From Gammaproteobacteria bacterium (GTDB lineage: Bacteria; Pseudomonadota; Gammaproteobacteria; Pseudomonadales; Azotimanducaceae): a stretch of DNA of 64,000 nt. This document shows, one piece after another, positions 43,255-53,329 of this stretch (the stretch's first letter is position 1; each line of letters begins with the position of its first letter). Both the position numbers and the translations under genes were made by a program. The stretch spans positions 14,042 through 78,041 of the forward strand of contig VXNY01000022.1 in assembly GCA_009840305.1 (NCBI GenBank), written 5' to 3'. The notes beneath the pieces are model-generated. The model was not told where the DNA came from, did not search any database, and worked only from the letters and a program-made list of their open reading frames with translations.

Positions 43255-45249
43255 TCAATCTGCTGGAGCTGGGATCTTAGGTAGATCCTCCTTTAAACTG
43301 TCCAAGTCTACATTTTCCATCATTTCAACCATCTCTTTGTCATCATCCGTAAGAAATTCTTTCAGTTGGCCTCTCTCTTGATCAGATAAGTCGGCTGACA
43401 TAAACGTGCCCGAGAACATCAAAGCCGACCTAGCAGCCTGCGATCGTAAATTTTTATTGGGGAGTTCACGAATCCCAGCTTCCAAGTGACTAAACGGGGA
43501 GCGTTGACCAACACTGAACGCGATAGTCTGCAAGAAATCTTCACGTTCATGTTTTGGCAACTGATTTCCCAATTTAATCGCATCGCCGATTCTGTCTTCT
43601 TCTTCCAACTGCCACGCAACGTGCTTATAAGCTTCTACTTTTGACTCACCTTCGCGAATTCTTGGTAAAAGAGCAATCGCTTTATCTAAATCTCGAAAGG
43701 CAACCCATTCTACAACCGTAACTTCTAACGGGATAGTTCCTTCTTTCAATGGAGTTTGAAGTGCCATTTCAAACGCAATATCTGGATCAGATTTCGCCCA
43801 ACTTTCAAAAACAGAATCGAGATATTGTTGCCTTGTCGCATCGTCCAATAGGGATGAGTCGGAGTTTAGCCAAGCAATAGTAGCAATAGGGTCCGCTACT
43901 GTAGCATCAGAAATAATTTGTGTAATGAAATAATGGTTTAGGGAAGTGCGAACCGAAAACTCGCCTTCGGGTAGTTCATCTGCCGGGGTCTCAGGCCAAA
44001 TACTCATCATCGGTAGCAGTTCGATCGCTTCCAGCGGAGAGTCTCGCGATAGCCGTTGCGCGACCTTCAGATATGCTTGGTCATGAAATTCCGCCGGAAA
44101 GTGATGCAGTGAGACAAGTACCAAGTGTGGATTTGTTGTTGCCCAATGGCCGATGACTTCTTCAGTTATTTCGGCTTGAAAACTCCTAACGTCCTCATGC
44201 TGTAACCTGTGCCACAGTGCGTCTGGATCAGCAGCAAACCACGTTTGGCTGACCCCGGACAGTAAGTTCACGTCGACATCGTCGTCTAAGCGCAATATGA
44301 ACTCGAAAACACCAGCGGGGTCTTCTTTTGATACGTCCGCCACCACGTCTGCTCCCCTACCAGCCATCATGGATCTAAGAATCTCAGGAACGTTGTCAGT
44401 TGGTACTCTGTCGAACAGGTCAAGAACCGTGGGTAAAGAGTCCAAACCCTCCACTAGAACGTAACGTACAGCTTTTCGCTCTAGTTGGATCATTTCGTAG
44501 AAACTACCCGCGTCAGCACTTGCAAATTCAGATTCTAATTCATCCAAGGAGATTGGACTCTGATCTTGTTGCCGTCGATCGATCAAGTTGTTTATATAGT
44601 TTTCTTCGTACCCTAACTCCGTACCGATGTCAAACAAATCCGCTCGAGAAAGAAATTTTCCTCCACTAATTAGTCCCCGAAATCCTAGACTTCGCAACCC
44701 ACTGCCGAGCGTTGTCAAAAACACGATAGCTTCGTCCGTATGCACTGGACTCCACTCACGCATAACACCGTATAAAACCGACTCCTGATCTTGCTCGTCT
44801 ATTTGTTCAATCAGCTTATGTGCTTTGGCTTCGTTCACGCCAATTAATTTTGTCAGTACGATGCACTGTACCCAATACGTCGAGTCAAGTGATCCTAATA
44901 CGTTAGGGACTTCAAGGGTGTCGTGAAATACTTTCAACAACACATCCTCAGTCGCGCCTGCGACGACACGTAGCAACGCACGCTTGGTATCAAATAAGCT
45001 ATTGGACTGTTCCACTATATCGGCAAGAGAGTGAAACGTAGCGATCGAACCGGTCTGAGGTTGGGACATGACAGAGTCTGAGTCTCGAGTATCTGAAGCT
45101 CGATGGTCGTTTTGTTGCGTTTCAGAATCTTGTACGAGTGCTCTCGAATTTTCCCGGTTCAACAAAAACAGTGTCGCCAGAATTCCAACGCAAATTAAGA
45201 AGCAAATTATGAGGGCAACAATATATATGCTTTTTTTGGACTTATTCAT
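43255..45249 (-). CDS. exported alpha-helical repeat protein, family A copy 1 (function unknown)
   Basis: 664 aa. An N-terminal anchor (MNKSKKSIYIVALIICFLICVGILATLFLL) is followed by a polar acidic linker and then recurrent W-x3-DP-x2-A type helical repeats (SQTWFAADPDALW, IGHWATTNPHLVL, FESWAKSDPDIAF, VVEWVAFRDLDKAI). It starts 7 nt after the stop of the upstream gene. Confidence 0.7.
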   Translation of the reverse strand: MNKSKKSIYIVALIICFLICVGILATLFLLNRENSRALVQDSETQQNDHRASDTRDSDSVMSQPQTGSIATFHSLADIVEQSNSLFDTKRALLRVVAGATEDVLLKVFHDTLEVPNVLGSLDSTYWVQCIVLTKLIGVNEAKAHKLIEQIDEQDQESVLYGVMREWSPVHTDEAIVFLTTLGSGLRSLGFRGLISGGKFLSRADLFDIGTELGYEENYINNLIDRRQQDQSPISLDELESEFASADAGSFYEMIQLERKAVRYVLVEGLDSLPTVLDLFDRVPTDNVPEILRSMMAGRGADVVADVSKEDPAGVFEFILRLDDDVDVNLLSGVSQTWFAADPDALWHRLQHEDVRSFQAEITEEVIGHWATTNPHLVLVSLHHFPAEFHDQAYLKVAQRLSRDSPLEAIELLPMMSIWPETPADELPEGEFSVRTSLNHYFITQIISDATVADPIATIAWLNSDSSLLDDATRQQYLDSVFESWAKSDPDIAFEMALQTPLKEGTIPLEVTVVEWVAFRDLDKAIALLPRIREGESKVEAYKHVAWQLEEEDRIGDAIKLGNQLPKHEREDFLQTIAFSVGQRSPFSHLEAGIRELPNKNLRSQAARSALMFSGTFMSADLSDQERGQLKEFLTDDDKEMVEMMENVDLDSLKEDLPKIPAPAD

Positions 45250-45256
45250 GATGGGC

Positions 45257-47089
45257 TCATCGACTCAATAGTAATTTAACGCGTTGCAACTCAGACGGAT
45301 TTACATACTCCATGAGAGTGTCTACATCTTCCGACGATAGAGGCTCCTTGTCTTCTTGAAACGAACTAAATAAGAGTACGTTTTCGGCGATTTCGGATTG
45401 TGCGTTCTTCGCCGGTATGTTGGGGAGTATCTCCAATATCTTTTCAAGTGGTTCTTGAGTAGCTATAGAAAACGTCATGCTGTCGTAGAAACTAGTCTGT
45501 GCTCTTTTAGGAAGAGATTTTCCTAGTTCAATCGCTTCATCCGTCCTTTTTTTAAAAATGAGTCCTCTCGATACGGATTCAAAAGCAGCTAACTGAGTCG
45601 GACCCGTTCGAACTCTGTTTAACAAGCGCATAGCAACGTCAGTGTCTGAGAAGCTGAGCTCGTCAATCACGATGGCTTCTAAGCCAATCTCTTTTGCGCC
45701 CTTGATCGGGCGACTCAATGCTAAATCGATAGCTTTGTCAGCATTTTGATCAGTTAATTTCTCCAAAAAAGACTTGAGGAGACGATCTCGATACCCTTCA
45801 ATTTCTGAATCAGACACGACCCAATGAAACGCTGCATCAGGATCGGAATCGAGCCATGAGTCGACTATGATTAGCGCTGCTTGTTCCTGCTTTGCGGCTT
45901 CTGACATCTCCAGTAAGACGGTAAGTGCATCCTCTATTGACTCGTTTGACAATTGAGCGATGAGGTGCATTCGAGCGGTGTCTCTTAACTCGGAAGGAAC
46001 ACTGTCGACCGAGTTCAAGAACTTTGTCGGATCGAGCTGAACCCAAGATGACACAACAGTTTGTTGCAAACGATCGCGAACTCTAGAAGGTTCAAGTAGG
46101 CTTACTCGAGTTAACGCACTGTCTGGATCGATGCGTGCCCAAGTATTGATTACCGATGTAAGCATCGAACCGAACACATCGTTAGGAGTTGTTAATGCAT
46201 AGTCGAACGCGGATTCTGGTTCGCTGAGTGCGACCTTCGACAAAATGCTCTTTCTCAATTTGAATCTCAGAGTAGGGCTAACGATCGAACTGAGTAAATT
46301 GTCGATCTCTGATACGCCGTACTTATCGATCATGGCCTTCGCTACATGTTTTATTCGGAAAAAGTTCTTTTCGAGATGGCTAGTCGGGTCGTTGATCAAC
46401 TCAGTCCACGCTTCATCTGGGTTGGCTAAATCGACCGCCAGTTGGTGCGCACGGACCGCTCGTTCTACATAGGCTGAATCGCCAAATTCGGTGCCTAAAT
46501 CCATGAGGGTTGCTTCAGGCAAGCTTAGACTTGCGTCGATAATCCCTCTCAGTGCGATCTGATGGATCGACGTATCTTGTTTCCGCGCAAATTCAACGGC
46601 ACCATCAAAATCTTTACTCGCCCACGCATGCGTTATTCCATAGAGCATATATTTGGCTTCTTCTAGTGGTTGCGCGTCATACAGAGAGACTGTTTTCTCG
46701 AGATTTAGAGAGGCTAGCTGAGCACTGATTAACGAGATGAGTTCGAACTTCCACGCGCGATCTTCTTTGGCGTAATTTCTCTCTGTAGCCTGATCAAACA
46801 AGTCTACTAGTTTCGCCTCGTCAGCAGTTCCGATGAGTTCGTAGGCCGCGCTCAAACGACTCAAATCGTCCGAGTAATCTCGAAAGAGATCCTGAATAGA
46901 CCCATCGGTTAGTGTTGATGGATCGAGTGATTTACTATTCGTACCAGTATCGAGTTCAGCGTCGGTTGAGTCTCCAACGACATTGTTTGTAGCTGCGAAC
47001 GCAAGCGAATTTACAAAGCACAAAAACAGTGATACAAGTATTGTTACAAACGCGCTCCGACAACTCCCCTCGCAGCATATGGCTGTCAT
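45257..47089 (-). CDS. exported alpha-helical repeat protein, family B copy 1 (function unknown)
   Basis: 610 aa. It has a signal peptide ending ...SLAFA-ATNN and the repeats ITHAWASKDFDGAVEF, INTWARIDPDSAL, VSSWVQLDPTKFL and VDSWLDSDPDAAFHW. Confidence 0.7.
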   Translation of the reverse strand: MTAICCEGSCRSAFVTILVSLFLCFVNSLAFAATNNVVGDSTDAELDTGTNSKSLDPSTLTDGSIQDLFRDYSDDLSRLSAAYELIGTADEAKLVDLFDQATERNYAKEDRAWKFELISLISAQLASLNLEKTVSLYDAQPLEEAKYMLYGITHAWASKDFDGAVEFARKQDTSIHQIALRGIIDASLSLPEATLMDLGTEFGDSAYVERAVRAHQLAVDLANPDEAWTELINDPTSHLEKNFFRIKHVAKAMIDKYGVSEIDNLLSSIVSPTLRFKLRKSILSKVALSEPESAFDYALTTPNDVFGSMLTSVINTWARIDPDSALTRVSLLEPSRVRDRLQQTVVSSWVQLDPTKFLNSVDSVPSELRDTARMHLIAQLSNESIEDALTVLLEMSEAAKQEQAALIIVDSWLDSDPDAAFHWVVSDSEIEGYRDRLLKSFLEKLTDQNADKAIDLALSRPIKGAKEIGLEAIVIDELSFSDTDVAMRLLNRVRTGPTQLAAFESVSRGLIFKKRTDEAIELGKSLPKRAQTSFYDSMTFSIATQEPLEKILEILPNIPAKNAQSEIAENVLLFSSFQEDKEPLSSEDVDTLMEYVNPSELQRVKLLLSR

Positions 47090-47302
47090 GAGATTTCTCC
47101 TTCAGTTATTGGGCAGAATACATCAATATAAGAACAATCCTACGATTGTATACCACCACTAGGGAATCGGCGCGAAAGTCTTAAATTGATTCGAATTTGG
47201 TGCGATACGCCATTCAAGTGCGCGTTCGCTATAGCTGACGGTCGAACACAAACACTTTCAACTATTAATGTGGCGTCGCTTAGAGTGTATTAGCGATACT
47301 GC

Positions 47303-49288
47303 TTAATCTTCGGACGAGTCCTCGTGAATTCGATCTTTGAACATACGCCTACCCATCTCGAGCAACCTTTTTTCGCGGTCGGTTAAAAACTCTTTGAATT
47401 GATCCAACTGTTTATTGGTCATTTTGGGTGCCATTTCGGGGAGATAGTATGTGAAAGAAAGTCTTGAATAAATAGCTCTAGACTGCAACTCTTGAGATGG
47501 AAGAGCGCGTATCCCTGCAATCAAATGATCAAATGGTTCGCGATATCCGATTTGCCACGCTAGTGAATCGTTATATTCTTCACGTTGGTGTTGGGGTAGG
47601 TCACTGCCCAAATGGAGTGCGTGTGAGATTCTGTCTTGTTCCTCCAATCGCCACATTACTCGTCGATAAGCTCTCATTTTTGTCGTACCTTCGCGGACTC
47701 TTGGTAACAGTTTAATCGCTTCATCGACATCACTTTTCGCCACCCACCCGACGACCGTTGCTTCAAAGCCTGCGGTATCGCCGGCTAACGGAATTTGCTG
47801 AGCCATTTCAAAAGCTGTATGTGGATCAGATCCAGCCCAACTTTGGTAAGCTTTATCCAAAAAATGTTGCTTCATGGAGTCATCGAGGTGAGACACGCTC
47901 GACTCAATCCACTCGATCGCCGCCACCGGATCTGCTTTGGTAGCAGCCGCAATAGTACGGTCGATCGAGAAATAAAACCCCACATTTCTGGCAGTTTCAT
48001 TCTCACTCTGTTCTCGATCACTCATAGTCTGGGACCAGTCGCTGGTCTTCGTCAGAAGTTCGAGTGCTTCGAGAGGAGAGTCTGGTGCTACTTCGAGTGC
48101 GACTTCAGCGTACACGAGGTCGTGATATTCTGTGGGAAATTGATCCAGTGAGACTAGTGCAAAATCAGGCTCTCTCATCGTCCAATGTCTGATAACGTCT
48201 TCAGTCACTTCTTCCTGTATATCTTTAAGATCTTCGCCTTTTAACCGATTCCATAGTGCCTCTGGATCGGTAGCGAACCACACTTCACTAACTGAAGACA
48301 GCATGTCGACATCAAGGGGCTCTCCTAAACTCACTAGGTGCTCAAACACCGGTTCTGGGTCGCTACGTGCAATAGCAGCCACAAGTTTCGATTGAGTACC
48401 ACCGAAGAACATTCGTACAGTCTGGGACATGTTTTCTGCTGAATTTTCTTCGAAAACTTCCAGAACTCGCGCTAACGAATCCAAGCCCTGCTCGTGAACA
48501 AAACTTACAGCCTTTCGTTGTGCTTCGTGAAATCGGTATTTGCCTTTCGAAATAACACTTTCAAGTGCTGTTGCGATGTCATCCAGGGAAATTTGGTCCT
48601 GTTCAAGTTGATGCCGGTCTAGCAAGTAGGTTAAGTAGTCTTCTTGATAGCCCAATTCAGTACCCATTTCTATAAAGCTGGCTCGGCTGAGAGAACTACT
48701 ACCGTCGATAACCCCTTGCAATCCGCGCCTTTGCAATCCGTCGTCGAGCAATGCTAAAAATTTGACCGCTTGGTCCGCATACATCTGGTTCCATTCACGC
48801 ATCACACCGTATACCACGACTTCTGCAGTTTGTTCGTCAAGCTGTTCCATTAATGAATGAACTGTGTCACCGTCAATATCGATCAATTTAGAAAGGACGA
48901 TACCCCTTAGCCATTGAGTCGTTTGAAGGGAATCGAACGCCAATGGGTATTCACGACTTTCGTGAAATATTTCCACAAGTTCGCGCTCGGTCGCGTTATC
49001 AACTAAGCTTAGTAACGATCGTTTTAGATCAAATAAGTTGTCATATTCGGTCAAAGCGTAAAAGAGCGAGTGTTCGTTCAAGTTCGAACCGTTTGGACGT
49101 TGCGAACTACCAGACTTTGAGTCTACAACATCTTGATCGCTGCGATCATCGTCTTGAACGTCAGTGTTTTGTGCGAGCAAGTCAGTATTTACAGGAGGTG
49201 CCACATTAGTCGCTCCAACATTTCCGACACTCAAGATAAATGGTGTCGTTAGAGCTAAAACGCGAAATATTTGCTTATTCTTGTTCAT
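47303..49288 (-). CDS. exported alpha-helical repeat protein, family A copy 2 (function unknown)
   Basis: 661 aa. It is colinear with 43255..45249 along its whole length (e.g. VYGVMREWNQMYADQAV, SEVWFATDPEALWNRL, YQSWAGSDPHTAFEMA, VVGWVAKSDVDEAIKLLPRVREG). It starts 6 nt after the upstream stop. Confidence 0.7.
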   Translation of the reverse strand: MNKNKQIFRVLALTTPFILSVGNVGATNVAPPVNTDLLAQNTDVQDDDRSDQDVVDSKSGSSQRPNGSNLNEHSLFYALTEYDNLFDLKRSLLSLVDNATERELVEIFHESREYPLAFDSLQTTQWLRGIVLSKLIDIDGDTVHSLMEQLDEQTAEVVVYGVMREWNQMYADQAVKFLALLDDGLQRRGLQGVIDGSSSLSRASFIEMGTELGYQEDYLTYLLDRHQLEQDQISLDDIATALESVISKGKYRFHEAQRKAVSFVHEQGLDSLARVLEVFEENSAENMSQTVRMFFGGTQSKLVAAIARSDPEPVFEHLVSLGEPLDVDMLSSVSEVWFATDPEALWNRLKGEDLKDIQEEVTEDVIRHWTMREPDFALVSLDQFPTEYHDLVYAEVALEVAPDSPLEALELLTKTSDWSQTMSDREQSENETARNVGFYFSIDRTIAAATKADPVAAIEWIESSVSHLDDSMKQHFLDKAYQSWAGSDPHTAFEMAQQIPLAGDTAGFEATVVGWVAKSDVDEAIKLLPRVREGTTKMRAYRRVMWRLEEQDRISHALHLGSDLPQHQREEYNDSLAWQIGYREPFDHLIAGIRALPSQELQSRAIYSRLSFTYYLPEMAPKMTNKQLDQFKEFLTDREKRLLEMGRRMFKDRIHEDSSED

Positions 49289-49294
49289 ATTTGT

Positions 49295-51193
49295 TCACCG
49301 TGCCTGAAAACGACGAAAACGTTGTGCGTAATCCGATGTCACGTGCTTCAACAACGTCTTTACTTCATCTTCGGTATATAAATCTTCGTCATCGGAAAAC
49401 CGATGAAACCACAGTGCGTTTTCTGCCATTTTGGCACGAGCTTCCCGCACTGGGAGTGCTGAGACAAGTTTCACGATCCGTTTCGGGGATTCTTGCGTGA
49501 CTATATCAAAGGCTATGCTGTTGTAGAAACGTCGTTGATCGTTTTTGGAAAGTTGTTTCCCTAGTTCTAACGCTTCCTCTGTTCTTAAGTCGTAAATGAG
49601 TCCAGTCGAAACCGATTCAAAAGCCGCAAGTCGAGTATCTCCAGGTCGAACTCTGTTTAATAAGCTAAGGGCGCGTTCGGTCTCCGTGTGTGCGATCGCT
49701 TCAATGACCACAATTTCCAGACCCACACCACGCTCCTCGTTGATTGGTTGACTTAACGCTAAATCAAAGGCTTTATCAGCATTTCTCTCGGACAACTTCG
49801 TCAAAAATGAATTGACTAGTTCATCCCGGTATTGGTCATTTTCTGCATTTGACAACACCCACTCAAAGGCTTCATCGGGATTTGAATCAATCCAAATATC
49901 CACAATCGCGAGCGCTGCTTCTTCCTGAGTACGGACGTCTTGGATATCCAGGAAAACCTCTAGCGCATCATCAATCGAATCCTTAGACAACTGTCCCACA
50001 AGGCTCAAACGCGCCGTGTCGTGCATTTCGACAGGAATACCGTCAAGAGAGTCTGCAAATTTTTTTTGATGTAATTGCACCCAAGACGCAACGACCTTTT
50101 GCTGTAATCGATCGCGCACGATCGAGGGTTCAAGTGTGTTTACTCGTGCTAAAGCACTTTGTGGATCGGTGGTAGCCCAGGTGTCTATCACCGCCGTTAG
50201 CATCGTTCCAAACACATCGTTAGAAGTCTCTAGTGCGAAGTTGAAGGCGGTTTCAGGATCACTGAGCGCGACATTGGACAGAATGCTTTTTCTGAGTGCG
50301 AAATTCAGTGTAGGGCTTGAGATCGAACTGAGTAAATCATCAATTTCTGCAGCTCCATGTTCGCCGATCAACGCGTTCGCTACAAGTTGAACTCGGTAAA
50401 AGTTCTCCTCAAGATTGATCTTTGGATCATTGATCAAATTCGCCCAAGCTTGATCAGGATCCGCTAAATCCGTTTCCAATTGACGAGCAGCGACTACGCG
50501 TTCGACATAAGCTACATCGCCGAGTTCGGCACCTAGTTGCATCAGGACCGATTCTGACACACTTGGACTAGCATCGACAATCCCTCTCAGCGCGACGGAG
50601 TGGATGGATGCGTCTAGCTTACGAGCATATTTAGCGGCAACATCAAAGTCCTTCCCTGCCCACGCGTGCATCAAGCCGTAGAGGATATGCTTGGCGACTT
50701 CAGGAGGTTGCGATTCGAACAAAGAAATCGTCTTATCAAGATTCACAACAGCTAACCGAGAACTAATCAACGAGATTAGCTCGGATTTGCTAGCTTCTTC
50801 TTCCTGTGTGTATTTTCTCTGAGTGACATGATCGAACAAGTCGATCAATTTAGCCTCATCCGCATCCCCAATGAGATCGTAAGCTGCTCTTAAGCGACTG
50901 AGATCGTTTGAGAATTTGCGATAGAGGTCATTGATGGACTCGGCTTCTAGCAGACCGGGTGCGGATTCCCGTTCTGCCAGCCCTGCATCAGATTTAGCAT
51001 CCGACGAGTCGGCATCACTTTCTTGCGATGCGCCAAACATCGAGACACTAGCAATCGTAAAAAACAGCATGAAAAATACAGAAAGAGCTGTACTCCAACT
51101 GTTCTTACTTGAACTTAAACGAGCCAAGAAAATTCTCCTCGAGTTGTTCCCTATTCGATATTTATACCCACGACGAACACTTTTAGTCAACAA
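49295..51193 (-). CDS. exported alpha-helical repeat protein, family B copy 2 (function unknown)
   Basis: 632 aa. It is colinear with 45257..47089 (DLSRLRAAYDLIGDADEAKLIDLFD, LMHAWAGKDFDVAAKYA, IDTWATTDPQSALARV, VDIWIDSNPDEAFEWV). The hydrophobic segment is ALSVFFMLFFTIASVSMF. The TTG start is uncertain. Confidence 0.65.
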   Translation of the reverse strand: MLTKSVRRGYKYRIGNNSRRIFLARLSSSKNSWSTALSVFFMLFFTIASVSMFGASQESDADSSDAKSDAGLAERESAPGLLEAESINDLYRKFSNDLSRLRAAYDLIGDADEAKLIDLFDHVTQRKYTQEEEASKSELISLISSRLAVVNLDKTISLFESQPPEVAKHILYGLMHAWAGKDFDVAAKYARKLDASIHSVALRGIVDASPSVSESVLMQLGAELGDVAYVERVVAARQLETDLADPDQAWANLINDPKINLEENFYRVQLVANALIGEHGAAEIDDLLSSISSPTLNFALRKSILSNVALSDPETAFNFALETSNDVFGTMLTAVIDTWATTDPQSALARVNTLEPSIVRDRLQQKVVASWVQLHQKKFADSLDGIPVEMHDTARLSLVGQLSKDSIDDALEVFLDIQDVRTQEEAALAIVDIWIDSNPDEAFEWVLSNAENDQYRDELVNSFLTKLSERNADKAFDLALSQPINEERGVGLEIVVIEAIAHTETERALSLLNRVRPGDTRLAAFESVSTGLIYDLRTEEALELGKQLSKNDQRRFYNSIAFDIVTQESPKRIVKLVSALPVREARAKMAENALWFHRFSDDEDLYTEDEVKTLLKHVTSDYAQRFRRFQAR

Positions 51194-51468
51194 CGACTAG
51201 TGAAAGTAGTAATTCGTGTGACAGTTCAGTCGACATGGGTCACTGAAGAGTTCCAATATACAACAGAGAACTGAGAAACTTTTGCTGATGAGTTTCCATT
51301 ACCCTGTACCGAATTGTTTCAACTCAGTACCGTTCGTAGTCGTGATTTACCTATTACTTTAGACTCAGTGTCACCGAATATCGTTACGAGTTTTAGTCAC
51401 TGATTGTCCGCCGCGATAATCAACGGAGAGCTTGTCTAAAATCGAATTCTCGCTACTTCACACGATTA

Positions 51469-53112
51469 ATGAGACTTACGACAGTGAACAAGACTCTTCA
51501 ATACTCAATACTACTATGCTTGACCCTGTTGCTCTACTCGTGCGATCAGGGTCAAACCAACGTTTATACCATCACTGGGACAATCGAAACAGTCGATATA
51601 CCCGTTGTTGACGGTAGCGAGGAGGTACCCGACGTCGAAGAGAATGCAGTCGATTGGGGATCTGCAAAAGTAGTAGTAACCCAGGAGACTACCAACTCTA
51701 CTGGGGAAATTGCAACTGTAGAGCTAGCATCGGGAACGTTCGAGGACGGTGGAGTAACCTTGAGAGGTGACATAGAGCAACCAACCGAAGTAAAAATCTC
51801 TGCTGAAATAGACGGAGCGGAAGCACTGGTACTGGACGCGGTTATCGCACCCGAAGCAAATTTAAAGTTCTTGCTCATTGAATATCCCGCATTTAACTCC
51901 GCCAGCATGGATTTTTACGGAGAATCTCGCAAAGTTCTAGACCTCGCAAATCGATTTTCAGTCTTTGGCGACCTCAGTTCAATTGCCGCAGACTTCGAGA
52001 GAGCTACCCTGCGAGTCACAGCTTGGGAATACGATCATCTGGGAGAACAGGTGACTCTGAACTATGGTCGCGTGTTACTGGACGAAGGACAGTTCTTCAT
52101 TGAAGCAGACGTCGACGAACCGAGAGTGGTCAATATTTTGGTGATATTACCCGCTAGCCAAGAGTACACTCAATTTCATGCCATAGTCGAACCAGGAGCT
52201 CAAATCGAAATAGTTCCTCAGAGTTCCTCGTTAAATGACCTCTCTCCCGTATCTGGAACGGGAAAACACGCACAACTCGTCGAAAGCTGGCGGCAGAGTG
52301 AGGAATATCTACAGTTAAAACAAGAGTATCAAATTGCGTATCAAGAGTATCAAGAGAACTCACAAAATGGCGAGGAATCTACCGGTACCGCCGAAGAAGA
52401 AACTCCAAAGTACTTACAACTCAGTAGAAAACTGAGTCGCATACGATACGACTATTTAGAAGATGTAGCGTCAAACACTGAAGACCCTATGGACGCGCTA
52501 CTCGCGCTTGAGTTGAGTGCGTATTGGGGAAAGGAGGAAGCACTACCAATTTACGACCGGCTCACAAATAGTCTTGACAAGGACTTAGTGATGCGGCGCG
52601 TAACTCACGATCGAAATTTTCACGCGCGAAATCTCGCAAGCCGCGGAATTGATCGAAGTCTTGTGGTCGGAAAGAGTGTCCCGGATTTCACACTTCCTAA
52701 CTTGAGCGGAGAAACAATTTCTCTTAGCGATTTGCAGCAGAAAAACGATGTAGTGCTTGTCGAATTTTGGGCGTCATGGTGTGGACCGTGCATCGAGGCC
52801 ATTCCAGCATTGAAGGACTTGTATTCTACCTATCGCAAACACGGATTCGAGATAGTTTCTGTTTCAATAGACGACGAACAAGATTCTTGGATTGAAGCCT
52901 CGGGAAAGTATGAACTGCCTTGGATAAATTTGGGTGAGTTAGCGGGGTGGAACGGGGAAGTCGCCACGTCTTTTGGCGTGACCTTTATTCCCAAGAACTA
53001 CCTAGTAAATACACAAGGAGAAATCGTAGAAAAAGATCTAACGTCAAAAGCACTAGATGAATGGCTAGCAAACAGATTTGAAGAGAAGGCGGAAGAGGAC
53101 GTAGCGAATTGA
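51469..53112 (+). CDS. TlpA/ResA-like thiol:disulfide oxidoreductase lipoprotein with a long N-terminal extension
   Basis: 547 aa. The lipoprotein signal is ...LCLTLLLYSC. The C-terminal thioredoxin fold has FTLPNLSGETISLSDL ... VLVEFWASWCGPC ... FEIVSVSIDD. The N-terminal roughly 400 aa contain two beta-rich segments resembling DUF4369-type modules plus a helical linker. Confidence 0.8.
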   Translation: MRLTTVNKTLQYSILLCLTLLLYSCDQGQTNVYTITGTIETVDIPVVDGSEEVPDVEENAVDWGSAKVVVTQETTNSTGEIATVELASGTFEDGGVTLRGDIEQPTEVKISAEIDGAEALVLDAVIAPEANLKFLLIEYPAFNSASMDFYGESRKVLDLANRFSVFGDLSSIAADFERATLRVTAWEYDHLGEQVTLNYGRVLLDEGQFFIEADVDEPRVVNILVILPASQEYTQFHAIVEPGAQIEIVPQSSSLNDLSPVSGTGKHAQLVESWRQSEEYLQLKQEYQIAYQEYQENSQNGEESTGTAEEETPKYLQLSRKLSRIRYDYLEDVASNTEDPMDALLALELSAYWGKEEALPIYDRLTNSLDKDLVMRRVTHDRNFHARNLASRGIDRSLVVGKSVPDFTLPNLSGETISLSDLQQKNDVVLVEFWASWCGPCIEAIPALKDLYSTYRKHGFEIVSVSIDDEQDSWIEASGKYELPWINLGELAGWNGEVATSFGVTFIPKNYLVNTQGEIVEKDLTSKALDEWLANRFEEKAEEDVAN

Positions 53113-53329
53113 TCGATCTAACAGACGAAAAACTCTTCAAAACGTGGGTTCAAGCGATTTTAACGCTAGCCTAATAACCACACCGTCGAGGCCGTGTATT
53201 GGGTGTGTATGCATGATTCAGATCGGAAACTAGCACCACGAGTGCGTAAACAATGCTACACGCCGTACTAATAGCCTGATTTCGATACTGAGATGCCTTC
53301 ATGAATCAGACACAAAAACTAGCCAGTAT

